From the NCBI GenBank assembly GCA_013265495.1, contig MU058540.1, positions 2,939,696 to 3,003,695 of the forward strand: DNA of 64,000 bases, written 5' to 3'. Source of the stretch: Vicugna vicugna (lineage: Eukaryota). Of the stretch, positions 62,816 to 64,000 are shown in pieces; position 1 is the stretch's first letter; the number at the start of each line of letters is the position of its first letter. The position numbers were made by a program, and so were the translations under genes. The notes under the pieces were generated by a model, which made no database searches, was not told the DNA's origin, and was given only the letters and a program-made list of their open reading frames with translations.

Positions 62816-64000
62816 AAAATGTATTAAATACACAGAGCGAAACAATGCTCTTTCCCTCCGGTCCTGCCCTCCTCACGCCCAGCACAAAGAGAGGCACAAG
62901 CCCTCCAGTGGCCCAGGAGTGGTCAGAGGTGAGGGTCTACAGGTCCCCCATGTGCCCAGTGTCCACCATATAAGGCTCTTAATATATTAACTCTTTCTGT
63001 ACTCCTGAAGGGAGTATCCTCTATTGATTTTAAGCAATGACCATACTTCATAATTCATTTGTATTACCAGGATGCCTTCTGGCACTTAAATATTTCCCAT
63101 TGTTAATTTGGCAGGGAGTGGATTGCTACCTGTTGCTTTTCTCACATATTTTCTCTTCTAGATGAACTTTAGAATGCAGTTGTCACAGCCCCACCCTATC
63201 CCCACTGTCACCAGTAAGAAACTCTGATGGGATTCTATCCAAGTCATATTAAATTTATATATATGGGTGTTATATATGTGTGTGTGTGTGTTTCTGCATA
63301 GACTTGACATCGTTAACATATTTAGCCTTCTCATCCAGGATCATGGTATGATATGTTTATTTATTCAGGTCTTGCGTTCTTCAGTAAAATTTTATAGTTT
63401 TATCTTCCATGCTAAATTTATTGTCAGCTATTATGAATTAAGTCATTTTTCCATTTCAGTTTTTAAATGATTATGGCCAGTAGTATAAGAACACTTGATA
63501 TTTACATGTCTAGAGATCTCTATCTTGTGTTCTGCCACATTATTAAATTCTCTTTTCTTGTTTTCTTTTCCTTTCTTGATTTTTCTTCCCTGGGCTTTCT
63601 TCACTTCACTTGCTTTTCAAAACATCTCTACCTGGAAATCCCAAAGCTATCTAAAGCTCAGAATAAAACTGAAATAAGTTACAGTTAAAATGATCTCTTG
63701 GTCCTCTTAGGTCCAGAACTGCCTGCTCCTAGCCCATGAAGCACCTTTGTGTAAATTAGAAGACTTGCTCCTGACACTTTACTCTTATCTCCTGGGGAAA
63801 TCATCATAATTAATTGGTTCTTTTGGAACATGACACATTTTCTGTGGAGAAAATGTGGTAATAAATACATGCAGACCTCCAGTGTCTCCTGTGCTGGTGC
63901 TGCCTTAGGTGAGGAGCTCTGGTTCCATCTCAGCCTGCACAGAGGTTCTCTGCAGTGCTGCTTAGAGCTATAGATTGTGTCATCACTGCTTCTGGAATCA

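Overview
Mammalian genomic DNA, probably camelid judging by the short tRNA-derived SINEs (Vic-1-like). The window covers the conserved CPNE5-PPIL1-C6orf89 neighbourhood. CPNE5 coding exon 1 and its CpG island lie on the minus strand (~12-13.7 kb), and everything to their left is its intron 1. PPIL1 is complete on the minus strand (4 coding exons, 56+155+69+221 nt = 166 aa plus stop; 43554 to 26437). C6orf89 (BRAP) runs on the plus strand from a CpG-rich first exon at ~47.1 kb through two coding exons at 53-54 kb. The rest is intron/intergenic DNA rich in L1, L2, MIR, MaLR/ERV LTRs, hAT/Tigger MITEs and SINEs, and almost all listed ORFs are spurious. I found no convincing new multi-gene system. 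The most unusual observations are: an internal L1 reverse-transcriptase fragment between two ~450-bp direct copies of PPIL1 intron sequence that diverge asymmetrically; a start codon created across a C6orf89 splice junction; an unidentified polyadenylated retrocopy inside a MER20; a micro-inversion inside an old L1; and an L2-derived minisatellite with higher-order structure. Repeat family names come from recalled consensus motifs and repeat boundaries are approximate unless target-site duplications (TSDs) are given.
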